A stretch of 64,000 bases of DNA from Escherichia phage vB_EcoM_CRJP21, in sequence record OQ708376.1, one strand, 5' to 3'. A program made the translations under genes and the position numbers. Below the pieces are notes generated by a model, which was not told the origin of the DNA, did no database searches, and was given only the letters and a program-made list of their open reading frames with translations. How positions within the stretch are numbered: position 1 is the first letter of the stretch; each line of letters begins with the position of its first letter. Below, piece after piece: positions 1 to 8,880 of this stretch.

Positions 1-577
1 AGTAGGCAGAGGAAGTCTGCCGTACTTTGTAGTTTCCAAGCTCCTTTTCCATTTTTCAAATTACATCAAATGTAATCAAAAGTAATCACGCAATGATTAG
101 TACTGAATTATTACTTTCACCTTAATTACAATTACCCTTTTACCCTTCGGGGTAAAATTCAATTACCCCTTGAGGCTCCAGCAAAAAGTTGGTTAGTACT
201 CCATCCTAAATCTCGATCCTAAAAATTTTGGAGTACCTATGAAATAAAAGTTGGATCTTCGAAAGTTGAAATTTACGTTGGGACGTTTATGATTTGTGGG
301 ATATAATGATGTTTGTAGACGGGTAGTTCTCAAGAATATCAGTACTGAAAGATGAAAGAAAGTTATTGACTTTATGATTCAGTACTGTATAATGTTCTAC
401 ATAGGGTGATGAGTTGCTGCGAACAATTCATTTACTCTACCTCCTGTCGTGAGACAGTACAGAAAAGATAGTTCCTCCTGTGGTGGTACATCTTTTTGAA
501 CCTCATATGAAAATCGTAATAACAGTACTGATATTAACAGAATGGTGTCAGTACTGATTTTAATCTAAAGCATTATG

Positions 578-597
578 CCACCAGCACAAGCTGGTGG
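578..597. repeat. inverted pair of Chi-like octamers CCACCAGC-acaa-GCTGGTGG (8-bp stem hairpin)
   Basis: direct read of sequence. Confidence 0.6.
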
Positions 598-721
598 ATT
601 CCCTCTAACAGTATTCAGTACTACATGATGGTCTTCATCCTCCTAGGGTAACATAGTGAGGGCTATGATGGCAGTACTGAATACTCCCTTTCAAAAGATA
701 GATCTATGGTATAGTACTGAC

Positions 722-762
722 GGATTTTGGGCGTAGTTACCCTGGATGGATTTTGGGCGTAG
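722..762. repeat. 2x direct repeat GGATTTTGGGCGTAG
   Basis: two identical 15-mers separated by 11 bp. Confidence 0.6.
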
Positions 763-789
763 ATATGTCTAGCCCTCCAGAAGTCTGGA

Positions 790-910
790 AGTAAAGATGG
801 CTATCCATCTAGACGGCTAAACGGCTAGATTTCTGGATGGCTGGATGGCTAGACGTTTGGACGGCTAAACGGCTAGATGGTTACACGTCTGGAAGTATAG
901 ACGGCTAAAT
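790..910. repeat. iteron-like cluster (GACGGCTAAACGGCTAGAT x2, GGATGGCT x3, TCTGGAAGTA x2)
   Basis: short direct repeats in non-coding DNA. Confidence 0.6.
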
Positions 911-1080
911 CAAAATTTTATTTTGTTTTTTCCAATAGTTCCCCTACCGCGTGGGGATAGTTTCCCCGCAGTATCTGGTGTTAGATTTTTCTGAATCTGG
1001 AATCATTATCTTATAAACTGGGGGCAATGTCAACGGCCTGGCCGGATATTTTTAAAAATTTTTTCAGTACTGAATTTTGG

Positions 1081-1145
1081 GCGTAACTATGCACCCGGTG
1101 GGCTTGAGTCTTTCTCGACTTGATGGAACTATTATACAGTACTGG
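1081..1145. repeat. R1 element copy 1 (GCACCCGGTGGG...CTTGATG...CAGTACTGG)
   Basis: about 60-bp element recurring at 3246 and 4778. Confidence 0.5.
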
Positions 1146-1536
1146 AAAAATAAAGCAATACCCTGGAAGCAAAAAAGTTTTAATTAATTTGCTTGCTATC
1201 CTGGGCCGGACTATGGTACTATATTTCAGTACTGAGAAAGTGCGTTTACCTGCTAGGGTGCGGGAGTGTATCCTTTTTTTATATCTTGAATTTTGGACGG
1301 ATCTTCCCACCCCCTGGGGTATCCGCTTTCTCGCGTCTATGTAGTAATTATACGCTTTTTCAGGATCAAGTCAATACCTAAAAACAAAATAATTGAAAAT
1401 AATTTAACGCGTTTAAACGGCCTGTAAAGCCCTGGAATGATTGGAATGGTGCAAATGTATAGCTTATGTGTATTAATGCGTTAGAATGCGTCTGAGGACG
1501 TTTTACGGGGTATAGGGATGATTTAGTGGATTGATT

Positions 1537-1624
1537 CAGTACTGAATAATAGTACTCCTATATAGAAAGATAGTTCCCCTGGATGATTGCAGTACTGAAT
1601 AATAGTACTCCTATATAGAAAGAA
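1537..1624. repeat. tandem direct repeat of a 34-bp unit (CAGTACTGAATAATAGTACTCCTATATAGAAAGA)
   Basis: two copies spaced about 54 bp. Confidence 0.6.
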
Positions 1625-1654
1625 AACTATTTTAAAAGTATTTGTAGAAAGTAC

Positions 1655-1682
1655 TTGCACCGTACTGATAAAAGCGTATAAT
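1655..1682 (+). promoter_or_regulatory. sigma70-like promoter (TTGCAC, 16 bp, TATAAT)
   Basis: consensus-like -35/-10 upstream of first gene. Confidence 0.6.
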
Positions 1683-1696
1683 GTTTTACATCGAGA

Positions 1697-1713
1697 GCGG
1701 GAACACTTCCCGC
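1697..1713 (+). promoter_or_regulatory. palindromic leader hairpin/operator GCGGGAA-cac-TTCCCGC
   Basis: first of about 20 similar GGGGAA-nnn-TTCCCC palindromes placed just after promoters. Confidence 0.55.
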
Positions 1714-1737
1714 TACACATTAAGAGAGATTAAAACG

Positions 1738-2100
1738 ATGGCGACTCAAATCAATAAAATCATGCTTAACCTGGTAAACTTCCGCGATGAGATGAAAGGT
1801 CTTCCGGCTGAAACTGTAAAAATTCACATTGCAGCTTATCGGGAACTTATTGCAATGTTGCCGCTTAAGCGTGAACAATACGCCGCTACTTTGATGCTGG
1901 ATTCAATGATCCATATAATGATCTCAAATGATTTGACGATGGTTTATCAGTATATGGGCGAAAATTTCGCGGTGTGTAGTAAGCCAGTACCAGGGATGGC
2001 AACAACTGAGGAATTGCACGGCTTAAACTTAAAACAAGATGCATGGGATAATATGCCTCGTTTCCTGGTATGGGCTGACAGTGGCAAAATTTACAAATAA
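1738..2100 (+). CDS. hypothetical protein (120 aa)
   Basis: track ORF restarted at internal ATG downstream of promoter and hairpin. Confidence 0.6.
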   Translation: MATQINKIMLNLVNFRDEMKGLPAETVKIHIAAYRELIAMLPLKREQYAATLMLDSMIHIMISNDLTMVYQYMGENFAVCSKPVPGMATTEELHGLNLKQDAWDNMPRFLVWADSGKIYK

Positions 2101-2114
2101 GTTTAATAAAGTAC

Positions 2115-2142
2115 TTGCAAACTATGTTTAATGGCGTATAAT
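2115..2142 (+). promoter_or_regulatory. sigma70-like promoter (TTGCAA, 16 bp, TATAAT)
   Basis: AAAGTACTTGCAA...GCGTATAAT consensus of this region. Confidence 0.65.
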
Positions 2143-2193
2143 GTTTTACATCAGGTGGGGAATAGTTCCCCACTATATAAGAGGATTAAAAAA

Positions 2194-2433
2194 ATGGCTA
2201 AATCAAAAATGTTCTTAGGTCACAAAAACAAAACTCATTGGAATGTAAGCCTTTGGATTAATAACGATGAGGGATTGTATCGGTTGGCCCAGGACTTTAT
2301 TAACGATAGCACTAATCGCAATGATGCGGCCCGTCATATGATGTTATTTTTAGAACAGACTGGACAAGATAAAACACCGGACGGATTCAAATATAGCACT
2401 ACTGCGATCCGTGCGGCGATGGTTGGAATGTAA
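2194..2433 (+). CDS. hypothetical protein (79 aa)
   Basis: internal ATG after promoter, hairpin 2156-2173 and RBS. Confidence 0.6.
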   Translation: MAKSKMFLGHKNKTHWNVSLWINNDEGLYRLAQDFINDSTNRNDAARHMMLFLEQTGQDKTPDGFKYSTTAIRAAMVGM

Positions 2434-2519
2434 TAGAATTTATTTAAAGTACTATCATTTTTTTGCGATAGTACTTTATAATAGTGTTTTATTCATACAC
2501 CAACGATAAGGGCAACAGC

Positions 2520-2786
2520 ATGAAAATTAAGTATTTTGCGACGCGTGAACAAGCTCGGATCGCCGCACGCCAGGACGGGGCAACGTTTAAAGATATGGGC
2601 GTACAATCGGAACGTGGTAAACGTTGGGCCATTGTAAAGCGTAGTACCGCCAGATCATTACAGTACTGGTTAGCGGCCTTAAAAAGTCCCGATAGTGTAT
2701 CGCGTCGAGTGGTAGAAATAAAGCTCGACCGAAAGGGCAACCGCGTGACCGTGTACCGTACTAAAAAGATTGCAGTACTTGAATAA
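2520..2786 (+). CDS. hypothetical protein (88 aa), paralog of 14497..14892
   Basis: shared KYFATREQARIAAR and DRKGNRVTVY motifs; RBS TAAGGG. Confidence 0.6.
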   Translation: MKIKYFATREQARIAARQDGATFKDMGVQSERGKRWAIVKRSTARSLQYWLAALKSPDSVSRRVVEIKLDRKGNRVTVYRTKKIAVLE

Positions 2787-2793
2787 AAAGTAC

Positions 2794-2821
2794 TTGCAAA
2801 CTATGTTTAATGGCGTATAAT
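2794..2821 (+). promoter_or_regulatory. sigma70-like promoter (TTGCAA, 16 bp, TATAAT)
   Basis: near-identical to promoter at 2115. Confidence 0.65.
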
Positions 2822-2873
2822 GTTTTACATCGAGAGCGGGAACTCTTCCCGCCTATAACCTGGAGTAATGAAA

Positions 2874-3104
2874 ATGACTAATATGTATATGACTGAAGTT
2901 AAAACCGTAAAAGATACTACCACGAATAAAACTACTTACTTACAGCGGATCTGTGGTGTATGGCAACGTATCAGCAAATCAAAGTACTTTAAATTAACAT
3001 CATATGCAAACCGTTCGGATTCATTCAGTACTGAAATAAAAGGTAATAAAGTACACCAATACGGCACTTATTATTATTATAGCCTGGACGCGATTGCAGT
3101 ATAA
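2874..3104 (+). CDS. hypothetical protein (76 aa)
   Basis: ATG 8 nt after GGAG; hairpin 2836-2852. Confidence 0.55.
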   Translation: MTNMYMTEVKTVKDTTTNKTTYLQRICGVWQRISKSKYFKLTSYANRSDSFSTEIKGNKVHQYGTYYYYSLDAIAV

Positions 3105-3186
3105 GCAGTTTACAAATCTTTACAATTGCCGGTATTGACTTATTTTGTCAGTACTGGCATAATGTATTCATTGGCAGATAAGCCGT

Positions 3187-3214
3187 AGCCCATAGGGTGC
3201 GGGAGTGTATCTAT
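3187..3214. repeat. R2 motif copy (AGCCCATAGGGTGCGGGAGTGTATCTAT)
   Basis: about 28-bp motif recurring at about 9172, 13194, 16469, 18721. Confidence 0.55.
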
Positions 3215-3245
3215 AGAAAAATTAGTTTAGTATAGTTACAATTGT

Positions 3246-3303
3246 GCACCCGGTGGGTTAGCTGTTGTCATGGGGTATATTATACCAGTACTTGATAATG
3301 CTG
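3246..3303. repeat. R1 element copy 2
   Basis: matches 1081..1145 and 4778..4833. Confidence 0.5.
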
Positions 3304-3354
3304 TCAATACTTTTTTTTTACTATTCAGTACTGAAAACTATTTTTAAAAAGTAC

Positions 3355-3382
3355 TTGCAAACTATGTTTAAAGGCGTATAAT
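3355..3382 (+). promoter_or_regulatory. sigma70-like promoter (TTGCAA-TATAAT), upstream member of tandem pair
   Basis: consensus boxes. Confidence 0.6.
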
Positions 3383-3389
3383 GTTTTAC

Positions 3390-3465
3390 ATCAGGACGGG
3401 GAACGAAATAAGTAACTTCCCGTTAAGTAGCCCAGGAGTAAGGCACACGAAAAACTCCCCTGATA
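3390..3465 (+). ncRNA. candidate structured leader / small RNA (copy 1)
   Basis: about 75-nt element with two imperfect hairpins between tandem promoters; second copy at 13300..13375. Confidence 0.35.
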
Positions 3466-3472
3466 AAATAGT

Positions 3473-3500
3473 TTGACAAATGTTTTTAAAAGCGTATAAT
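3473..3500 (+). promoter_or_regulatory. sigma70-like promoter (TTGACA, 16 bp, TATAAT)
   Basis: consensus boxes, proximal to gene 3533. Confidence 0.6.
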
Positions 3501-3532
3501 ACTTACATCAACTACTGAATGAGGGTTACAAA

Positions 3533-4144
3533 ATGAAAACTATCACTACTACTACTTATGTTATGGCTTTTTCTGAATTGAACGCAGAACAACAAACGTC
3601 AGCTATCGAACTGGTTCGGGAACGTGAAAAAAACTCAAACGACAATTATTTTTCTGAAAGTGAAATTGAATACTATAAAGAAACAGTACTACCGGAATAT
3701 GGCATTAATGACGCTGAAATACAATTCAGTGGTTTTTGGTCCCAGGGTGACGGTGCATCAATCAGTACTGACCACGTTGACGCAGTGAAGTTTTTACGCA
3801 AGGTAAGAGCATTAACTAAGTATCGCTCAATCCGTCACTTGCTGAATGAAGATGATTTGGCGATGAGTGTAAAACGTTCGCACTCCCACTACTCGCATGA
3901 GAATACTGTAAGCGGGTACATTGAATCGGCTTACACTGATTTAACCGCAAAACAAGAAACGTTAGTTAATGAGCTTGAGGAACTACTCACTGAAACTATT
4001 CGTGAATTGTCCCGCAAGTTGTACCGTGATTTAGAGAATGCATATGAGGATCAATTCACTACTGAAAACATTACGGCACTGATTGAGGGTAACGAATATC
4101 AATTCAATGTTATTGATGGCGTAGTAGAATCAATCGAATATTAA
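3533..4144 (+). CDS. hypothetical protein (203 aa)
   Basis: track ORF; RBS GAGGG 7 nt upstream. Confidence 0.7.
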   Translation: MKTITTTTYVMAFSELNAEQQTSAIELVREREKNSNDNYFSESEIEYYKETVLPEYGINDAEIQFSGFWSQGDGASISTDHVDAVKFLRKVRALTKYRSIRHLLNEDDLAMSVKRSHSHYSHENTVSGYIESAYTDLTAKQETLVNELEELLTETIRELSRKLYRDLENAYEDQFTTENITALIEGNEYQFNVIDGVVESIEY

Positions 4145-4156
4145 TTTAAAAAGTAC

Positions 4157-4184
4157 TTGCAAACTAAGTTTAAAAGCGTATAAT
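4157..4184 (+). promoter_or_regulatory. sigma70-like promoter (TTGCAA, 16 bp, TATAAT)
   Basis: consensus boxes. Confidence 0.6.
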
Positions 4185-4236
4185 ACTTTATATCGAGAGC
4201 GGGAATAGTTCCCGCTACTAATGAGGAATACTACAA

Positions 4237-4401
4237 ATGAATACTTTTACCTTCGCTCAATTGAACGCCCTGGATGTATTGTCTGATGCTTTGCGGGATG
4301 CAACTGAAAGCGGTTTATTTGACAATGTTGACATTCACCCTGATGTAATTAATAATTTTTGTGATGCTATCGCAGAAGTACTGGAAGATCTAAAAAAATA
4401 A
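4237..4401 (+). CDS. hypothetical small protein (54 aa, not in ORF track)
   Basis: hand translation MNTFTFAQLNALDV...; promoter + hairpin + RBS upstream. Confidence 0.55.
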   Translation: MNTFTFAQLNALDVLSDALRDATESGLFDNVDIHPDVINNFCDAIAEVLEDLKK

Positions 4402-4411
4402 TAGAAAGTAC

Positions 4412-4439
4412 TTGCAATTAGTTTTCAGTACTGTATAAT
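4412..4439 (+). promoter_or_regulatory. sigma70-like promoter with extended -10 (TTGCAA ... TGTATAAT)
   Basis: consensus boxes. Confidence 0.65.
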
Positions 4440-4489
4440 GGTTTACATCAAAGGGAGAAATGGTTCTCCCTGGTAATGAGGAAAATACA

Positions 4490-4711
4490 ATGGCTAATAT
4501 CACTACTCTTTCCCAACTGGAAGCACTGGTTAAATCTATGCGGGAACATGCTGACAAAATCGGCGTACAAGATCCAGCCGTTTGCTTCTGCGACGAATTG
4601 AATGATGATACCCTGGTAATAGCAGAAGTCCAGGACGTTTCTAACTATTCCTCGCGTTACACTGGCGGCGTAGCAAATAAAGGTGACTTCTGTTTATACC
4701 TTACAAAATAA
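4490..4711 (+). CDS. hypothetical protein (73 aa)
   Basis: internal ATG after leader hairpin 4453-4470; track start lies inside the hairpin. Confidence 0.6.
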   Translation: MANITTLSQLEALVKSMREHADKIGVQDPAVCFCDELNDDTLVIAEVQDVSNYSSRYTGGVANKGDFCLYLTK

Positions 4712-4712
4712 C

Positions 4713-4748
4713 AACGCGGGGAGATAATAACTCCCCGTTACTTTTTCA
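4713..4748 (+). terminator. rho-independent terminator (GC stem + T-run)
   Basis: CGGGGAG-ataataa-CTCCCCG then CTTTTT. Confidence 0.6.
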
Positions 4749-4777
4749 GTACTGAATCATTTAATAGACGGATCTCG

Positions 4778-4833
4778 GCACCCGGTGGGTTAGTGACTGT
4801 TTCGTCTTGATGTAGTAATTATGCCAGTACTGG
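4778..4833. repeat. R1 element copy 3
   Basis: GCACCCGGTGGGTTAG...CTTGATGTAGTAATTATGCCAGTACTGG. Confidence 0.5.
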
Positions 4834-4954
4834 ATGCACTTGTCAACAATTATTTTCCAAATACTTTTTATTAAAATACTTGCAATTAGTTTTTAAACGC
4901 GTATAATGTTTTGCATAGGGGGAGCGGTTCCCCTGGTAACTAAGGAATAATAAA

Positions 4955-5191
4955 ATGCTTGAACAAATCAAATCAACGTCTTCGAATGTAACGGGAACGG
5001 TAGCACACTTTACTAGTGATGAATCGCGGGGCGTTCCCTATTGTGCTGTACATGTAAACACTGAGGGTAACTACTGGTTTACGGTTTACGGATCATATTC
5101 ATTTGGACGGCCTGGACATCAAAAAATTCTGGATAAAGTACAACCAACGGGTAAAAATATCACTGCCGAAATGTTTTATAAAAAATCATAA
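4955..5191 (+). CDS. hypothetical protein (78 aa)
   Basis: track ORF; promoter + GGGGAGCGGTTCCCC hairpin + RBS. Confidence 0.65.
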   Translation: MLEQIKSTSSNVTGTVAHFTSDESRGVPYCAVHVNTEGNYWFTVYGSYSFGRPGHQKILDKVQPTGKNITAEMFYKKS

Positions 5192-5275
5192 AGTACTTGC
5201 AATTAGTTTTTAGTACTGTATAATATTTTACATCGCAAGGGGAAACGGTTTCCCCTGGTAACTAAGGATAATCAA

Positions 5276-5575
5276 ATGAAAATTGCAATCATCGCCCTGG
5301 CTTTATCTGTTTCCTCTTTCGCTGTTAATGCGTCATTAGATGTAAGTAGTGAAAAATTCATTCAGTGCACTGTTGCAATGACCGATGAAAGAACTGGCGA
5401 GATTGTATTAAAGGATTTAGAGATCCAGCCGGAAGCATTTAAAAACGGCCCGTTCCATGAAGAAGACGAAAACGGTAGCACGACAATTTATTATGATGCC
5501 AGTACTAAACGCGGTTCGGTCACTGTAATGGATACCGAGAAAGTAACTCATACCGGCGTTATTAATTGCCGTTGA
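5276..5575 (+). CDS. small secreted/periplasmic protein (Sec-type signal peptide)
   Basis: N-terminus MKIAIIALALSVSSFAVNA with AxA-like cleavage site. Confidence 0.6.
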   Translation: MKIAIIALALSVSSFAVNASLDVSSEKFIQCTVAMTDERTGEIVLKDLEIQPEAFKNGPFHEEDENGSTTIYYDASTKRGSVTVMDTEKVTHTGVINCR

Positions 5576-5596
5576 TAGATACTACGGGGTAACATC

Positions 5597-5827
5597 ATGA
5601 CTAAGCGAATTGTTTTACTTAACGAAAGCAGTACTACACAACTACTTAACGCCGTGCATTATGATATTGAAACGAGCGTTAATCTTATCAGTACTGTAGT
5701 TCTGTTGGACACTGGAAAGGTAGCCAATGATAAAGCGATTGCAGGTATACTAACGGATCTTGTGCCTGGTAGCAGTGCACCAATAACGTTAAATGGTAAA
5801 GTGTTTAATATTTTACTCACTGATTAA
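5597..5827 (+). CDS. hypothetical protein (76 aa)
   Basis: track ORF followed by terminator. Confidence 0.55.
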   Translation: MTKRIVLLNESSTTQLLNAVHYDIETSVNLISTVVLLDTGKVANDKAIAGILTDLVPGSSAPITLNGKVFNILLTD

Positions 5828-5833
5828 GTACAT

Positions 5834-5857
5834 AGCCCACCTGGTGGGCTTTTTTGT
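5834..5857 (+). terminator. rho-independent terminator
   Basis: AGCCCAC-ctg-GTGGGCT + TTTTTTG. Confidence 0.7.
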
Positions 5858-6060
5858 TTTTGTAGTATCGTAGTACTGAGATACTTTGAAAATAGTTTTA
5901 AAAAAGTAGTTGACATTACCACAGAAAAGCGTAGAATGTATTACATCAAGACGGGGAGCACTAAGTAGACCGCCAGTAAGTCGAACGAAAAACTGGACAC
6001 GTCGAGAAAACTTTGATACACTAATAAACGTAAACTAAACTTTAATTGAGGATTTATAAA

Positions 6061-6543
6061 ATGGCTAATGTAAAATCATTCATCAAAGCACTGGTAGCAA
6101 ATGAAACTAACGTCGCGGCTGAGATCCTGGCTGAACTGGATAACGATACCATGAAAGCGGTACGCAACAATTTTAACATTGCGTACAGTGAAGCTAAAGA
6201 ACTGCAAGCCAAAAAGGTAGCAGAACTGGAAGAACAGAAAAAAGCCCGTGAAGCAGAACTACAAGCAACAATTGAAAGTATTCAGGCGGCAGTGTCTGGA
6301 TTGGATCTGGAAGTGGTTGTAGAAATGGCACATAAAGCCCTGGCGGTTAAGTACGGTGAAGATAAGCCGGAATCTAAACCTAAAAAATGGATTCAAGAAC
6401 GTGTTACTGTAGTACTTGATAACGGTGAAGAACATTTGATTCCTGTACGCGGTAACTGCATTGCGGTAGTACTGGACGCTATCAAAGAAAGCGGTATGAC
6501 TCGCGAGGAATGGATCGAAGCTCATCGCAAAGTTGAAGCATAA
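6061..6543 (+). CDS. hypothetical protein (160 aa)
   Basis: ATG 8 nt after GAGGA; promoter TTGACA/TAGAAT at about 5908-5936. Confidence 0.65.
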   Translation: MANVKSFIKALVANETNVAAEILAELDNDTMKAVRNNFNIAYSEAKELQAKKVAELEEQKKAREAELQATIESIQAAVSGLDLEVVVEMAHKALAVKYGEDKPESKPKKWIQERVTVVLDNGEEHLIPVRGNCIAVVLDAIKESGMTREEWIEAHRKVEA

Positions 6544-6564
6544 CAATTAAAGTACTGAATCACT

Positions 6565-6592
6565 AGCCCACCTTAAACAGTGGGCTTTTTTG
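6565..6592 (+). terminator. rho-independent terminator
   Basis: AGCCCAC-loop-GTGGGCT + TTTTTT. Confidence 0.7.
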
Positions 6593-6610
6593 TGTCTGTA
6601 GTATTCCAGT

Positions 6611-6680
6611 CCACCAGCACCGCCTAGAATCGATTCTAACGCATTAAACTGATTATCTGATACATCGCCCTAGCTGGTGG
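6611..6680. repeat. inverted Chi-like octamer pair (CCACCAGC ... GCTGGTGG) flanking inverted R4 motif
   Basis: direct read. Confidence 0.55.
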
Positions 6681-6828
6681 CGTTAAGGTCGTTAGAATGC
6701 GATTGAGAGCGTTTAAAGTATTTTGCAAAAAGTAATAAAAAGTACTTGCACGATTAAGAGATTAGCGTATAATGTTTTACATCGAGAGGGGGAAACGGTT
6801 CTCCTTCCAAATCAAAGGAATCAAAACA

Positions 6829-7056
6829 ATGGCTATTATCATTACTCGCGTATCTGGTACTACTGGCAACGAACAAGTAGTTGCAGTCATTACTAACAAG
6901 GCAGGTGCGGAATTGCAAAATGCAATGAATACCTGGGCCGTTAATGAGTTCGGTCAGTGGGCAAGTGTAGCATACATTGAAACCTATCAAGTGCCGTCGA
7001 TTAGTTTAACTGATTTGGGCGTTGAGCGTATCCTTTGCCTGGATGAATTAAATTAA
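6829..7056 (+). CDS. hypothetical protein (75 aa), MAII-start paralog group
   Basis: internal ATG after promoter and hairpin; N-terminus resembles 7143 and 10054 genes. Confidence 0.6.
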   Translation: MAIIITRVSGTTGNEQVVAVITNKAGAELQNAMNTWAVNEFGQWASVAYIETYQVPSISLTDLGVERILCLDELN

Positions 7057-7142
7057 AAAAAGTACTTGCAAAGTAAATCGAATAAAGTATAATACATTAC
7101 ATCAAGGGGAGAAATGATTCTCCCCACTACAAGGAAACTAAA

Positions 7143-7355
7143 ATGGCTATCATTACTAAAATCAAAGTTAACAAGACTATCGTTAAACTGGCAGAAGTGA
7201 AAGAAGGTTATAAAGTATCTTGGTGCGGTATGTATCGGACGTTCGCAGATATAGATGATGCGATCAATTATTACAGTGACACGGTTAAAAACTTTGTTCG
7301 TGCTGATGTGGTTATGGCAGTGGCAACATATAAAGCAGCGAAAGAAAGTAAGTAA
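7143..7355 (+). CDS. hypothetical protein (70 aa), MAII-start paralog group
   Basis: track ORF; promoter + GGGGAGAAATGATTCTCCCC hairpin. Confidence 0.65.
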   Translation: MAIITKIKVNKTIVKLAEVKEGYKVSWCGMYRTFADIDDAINYYSDTVKNFVRADVVMAVATYKAAKESK

Positions 7356-7374
7356 AAATATTATCACAGTACTA

Positions 7375-7403
7375 TTGACATAGTTTGATAGTACTGGCAT
7401 AAT
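7375..7403 (+). promoter_or_regulatory. class-II promoter (AGTACT-flanked TTGACA, 17 bp, CATAAT), no leader hairpin
   Basis: same architecture at about 9990, 10258, 18047. Confidence 0.6.
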
Positions 7404-7446
7404 AGATTTTATCAAGACGACACATATTAATTTAAGGAATACTAAA

Positions 7447-7770
7447 ATGGCTAAAACTATCATCAACACCGTTTCCCTGGCTGCAATCCATGCAATCAAT
7501 GTTGACGGTAAACGTTGGACTGATTCATATGGCAATACTTATCATTCTTGTCATGTAAGCGTTGAACTGGATAACGGCTTGAATGATCTGGCGGTTGAAT
7601 CATTTACTTATGGCTATGAGGATGCATATCAACAAACGGCGGTATCACTCTTAAAGGAATCAGTAGACGGGCTTGATACTGTTGAAACCTCCCTCTATCG
7701 TTTGTGCAATGATCTTAATATCCCGTTGCATTGTACTGTACAGGATGTAAAACGTAAAAAAGATCTTTAA
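7447..7770 (+). CDS. hypothetical protein (107 aa), paralog of 14078..14401
   Basis: shared RWTD..GNTYHSC..ETFTYGY..DVKRKKD motifs. Confidence 0.65.
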   Translation: MAKTIINTVSLAAIHAINVDGKRWTDSYGNTYHSCHVSVELDNGLNDLAVESFTYGYEDAYQQTAVSLLKESVDGLDTVETSLYRLCNDLNIPLHCTVQDVKRKKDL

Positions 7771-7850
7771 TTAGCTTTACTTTATGCAGATACTTTGATA
7801 TAGTGTCTGCATAGGGGAAAGAAATTAAATCAACTTAAGAGGAAAGTAAA

Positions 7851-8120
7851 ATGAAAAATATCAGTACTTTAATCGATGCAGGTACACATGTTCGTCGGTC
7901 TATGGTTGCAACCAGTTCTACAAAACAAGTAGCGAGCGGTTATCTTGTATTTGTGCACGATGGAAAACTCCTGGAACGTTCAATCAATTTTGATGTTAAA
8001 AACAATTGCCGTTTTATTATCTTTCGCCGTGAACAATATAAAATTGATTTGCCAGCGAAGCCCATTAGCGGGGCGTACAACGTGCAATCATTGTTTGAGC
8101 GTCAACCTTACACCTATTAA
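7851..8120 (+). CDS. hypothetical protein (89 aa)
   Basis: track ORF; RBS AAGAGGAAAG. Confidence 0.55.
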   Translation: MKNISTLIDAGTHVRRSMVATSSTKQVASGYLVFVHDGKLLERSINFDVKNNCRFIIFRREQYKIDLPAKPISGAYNVQSLFERQPYTY

Positions 8121-8171
8121 TCAAAACATCGTTAGCGGTCGATTTAGGCCGCTTATATTGGGGATTATACC

Positions 8172-8444
8172 ATGAACGTTAATCAAGTACTGAATGAGAT
8201 CGAAAGCATCATTAAACCGATGAAGCGTACTGATGCTATGTTAACACCGGAAGAATGCCGCCTTTATGAGCGTTACAGCGTCGAACAAGTCCAGGCAATG
8301 GCTATGGCTACCCCAGCCGTTTCACCGCCTGAGAATGCGTTACAGGACGTTACAGGGGATTATATCATTAATCCAGTACTAGGGAAGATGACTGCAATCA
8401 CCGAAGATCAAAAAGACTACTTAAGCCAGTACTTAAAAGGTTAA
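8172..8444 (+). CDS. hypothetical protein (90 aa)
   Basis: track ORF. Confidence 0.5.
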   Translation: MNVNQVLNEIESIIKPMKRTDAMLTPEECRLYERYSVEQVQAMAMATPAVSPPENALQDVTGDYIINPVLGKMTAITEDQKDYLSQYLKG

Positions 8445-8449
8445 TTAAT

Positions 8450-8659
8450 ATGCTTACTGTACAGGATAAGATCGACATCTTAAAGGTTAATATGTATGTG
8501 ATTGATGCCGTACCTGGTAAAGTATTTGCATACGATGATAGTACTGTAAGCGATTTCTACTATAGCCAGGACGTGGGGGATCTTTCTGTACAGTCGGTTA
8601 TTGAAAACGTAGTTAATGCAGCGTATGAGCATTTACTTTCAAATAGTACTTGCAATTAG
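8450..8659 (+). CDS. hypothetical protein (69 aa)
   Basis: track ORF; next promoter overlaps its 3' end. Confidence 0.5.
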   Translation: MLTVQDKIDILKVNMYVIDAVPGKVFAYDDSTVSDFYYSQDVGDLSVQSVIENVVNAAYEHLLSNSTCN

Positions 8660-8727
8660 TTTTTAAACGCGTATAATGTTTTACATGAAGGGGAGAAATG
8701 ATTCTCCCCAATAACAGGAGAAACAAA

Positions 8728-8880
8728 ATGAAACAATACAACGCTCGGTTTGATGTTACTATCGGTAACGGCAAAGGTCAATTCTCTTTCAGTACTCGCC
8801 GCAGTTATACAGAAAACTTCCTGCGTAATTGTGCACTGACCGCCGCTCAAATTAAACACTATTTTCAGGCTAAAAAATGA
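8728..8880 (+). CDS. hypothetical protein (50 aa)
   Basis: ATG 7 nt after CAGGAG; promoter + hairpin upstream. Confidence 0.55.
   Translation: MKQYNARFDVTIGNGKGQFSFSTRRSYTENFLRNCALTAAQIKHYFQAKK

Larger units (their letters stand above)
1..1650. other. non-coding repeat-rich region (candidate genome terminus / origin / packaging region)
   Basis: no ORF with promoter+RBS support; dense direct/inverted repeats and promoter-like AGTACTG-TATAAT boxes. Confidence 0.5.

Noticed and set aside
790-910. Possible CRISPR array
   Set aside because: Repeats are short (8-19 bp), irregularly spaced and lack unique spacers of constant length; iteron-like instead.
1681-1737. Track ORF starts upstream of the chosen ATG (same pattern at 2131, 4460, 6772, 16488, 19288 and others)
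   Set aside because: These upstream ATGs fall inside the -10 box or the leader hairpin (for example TATAATGTTTTACAT), so they precede the likely transcription start; the internal ATG with an RBS was used.
7053-7535. 160-aa minus-strand ORF
   Set aside because: Lies antisense to two + strand genes with clear promoters and RBSs (7143-7355, 7447-7770); no promoter or RBS of its own; low-complexity product.
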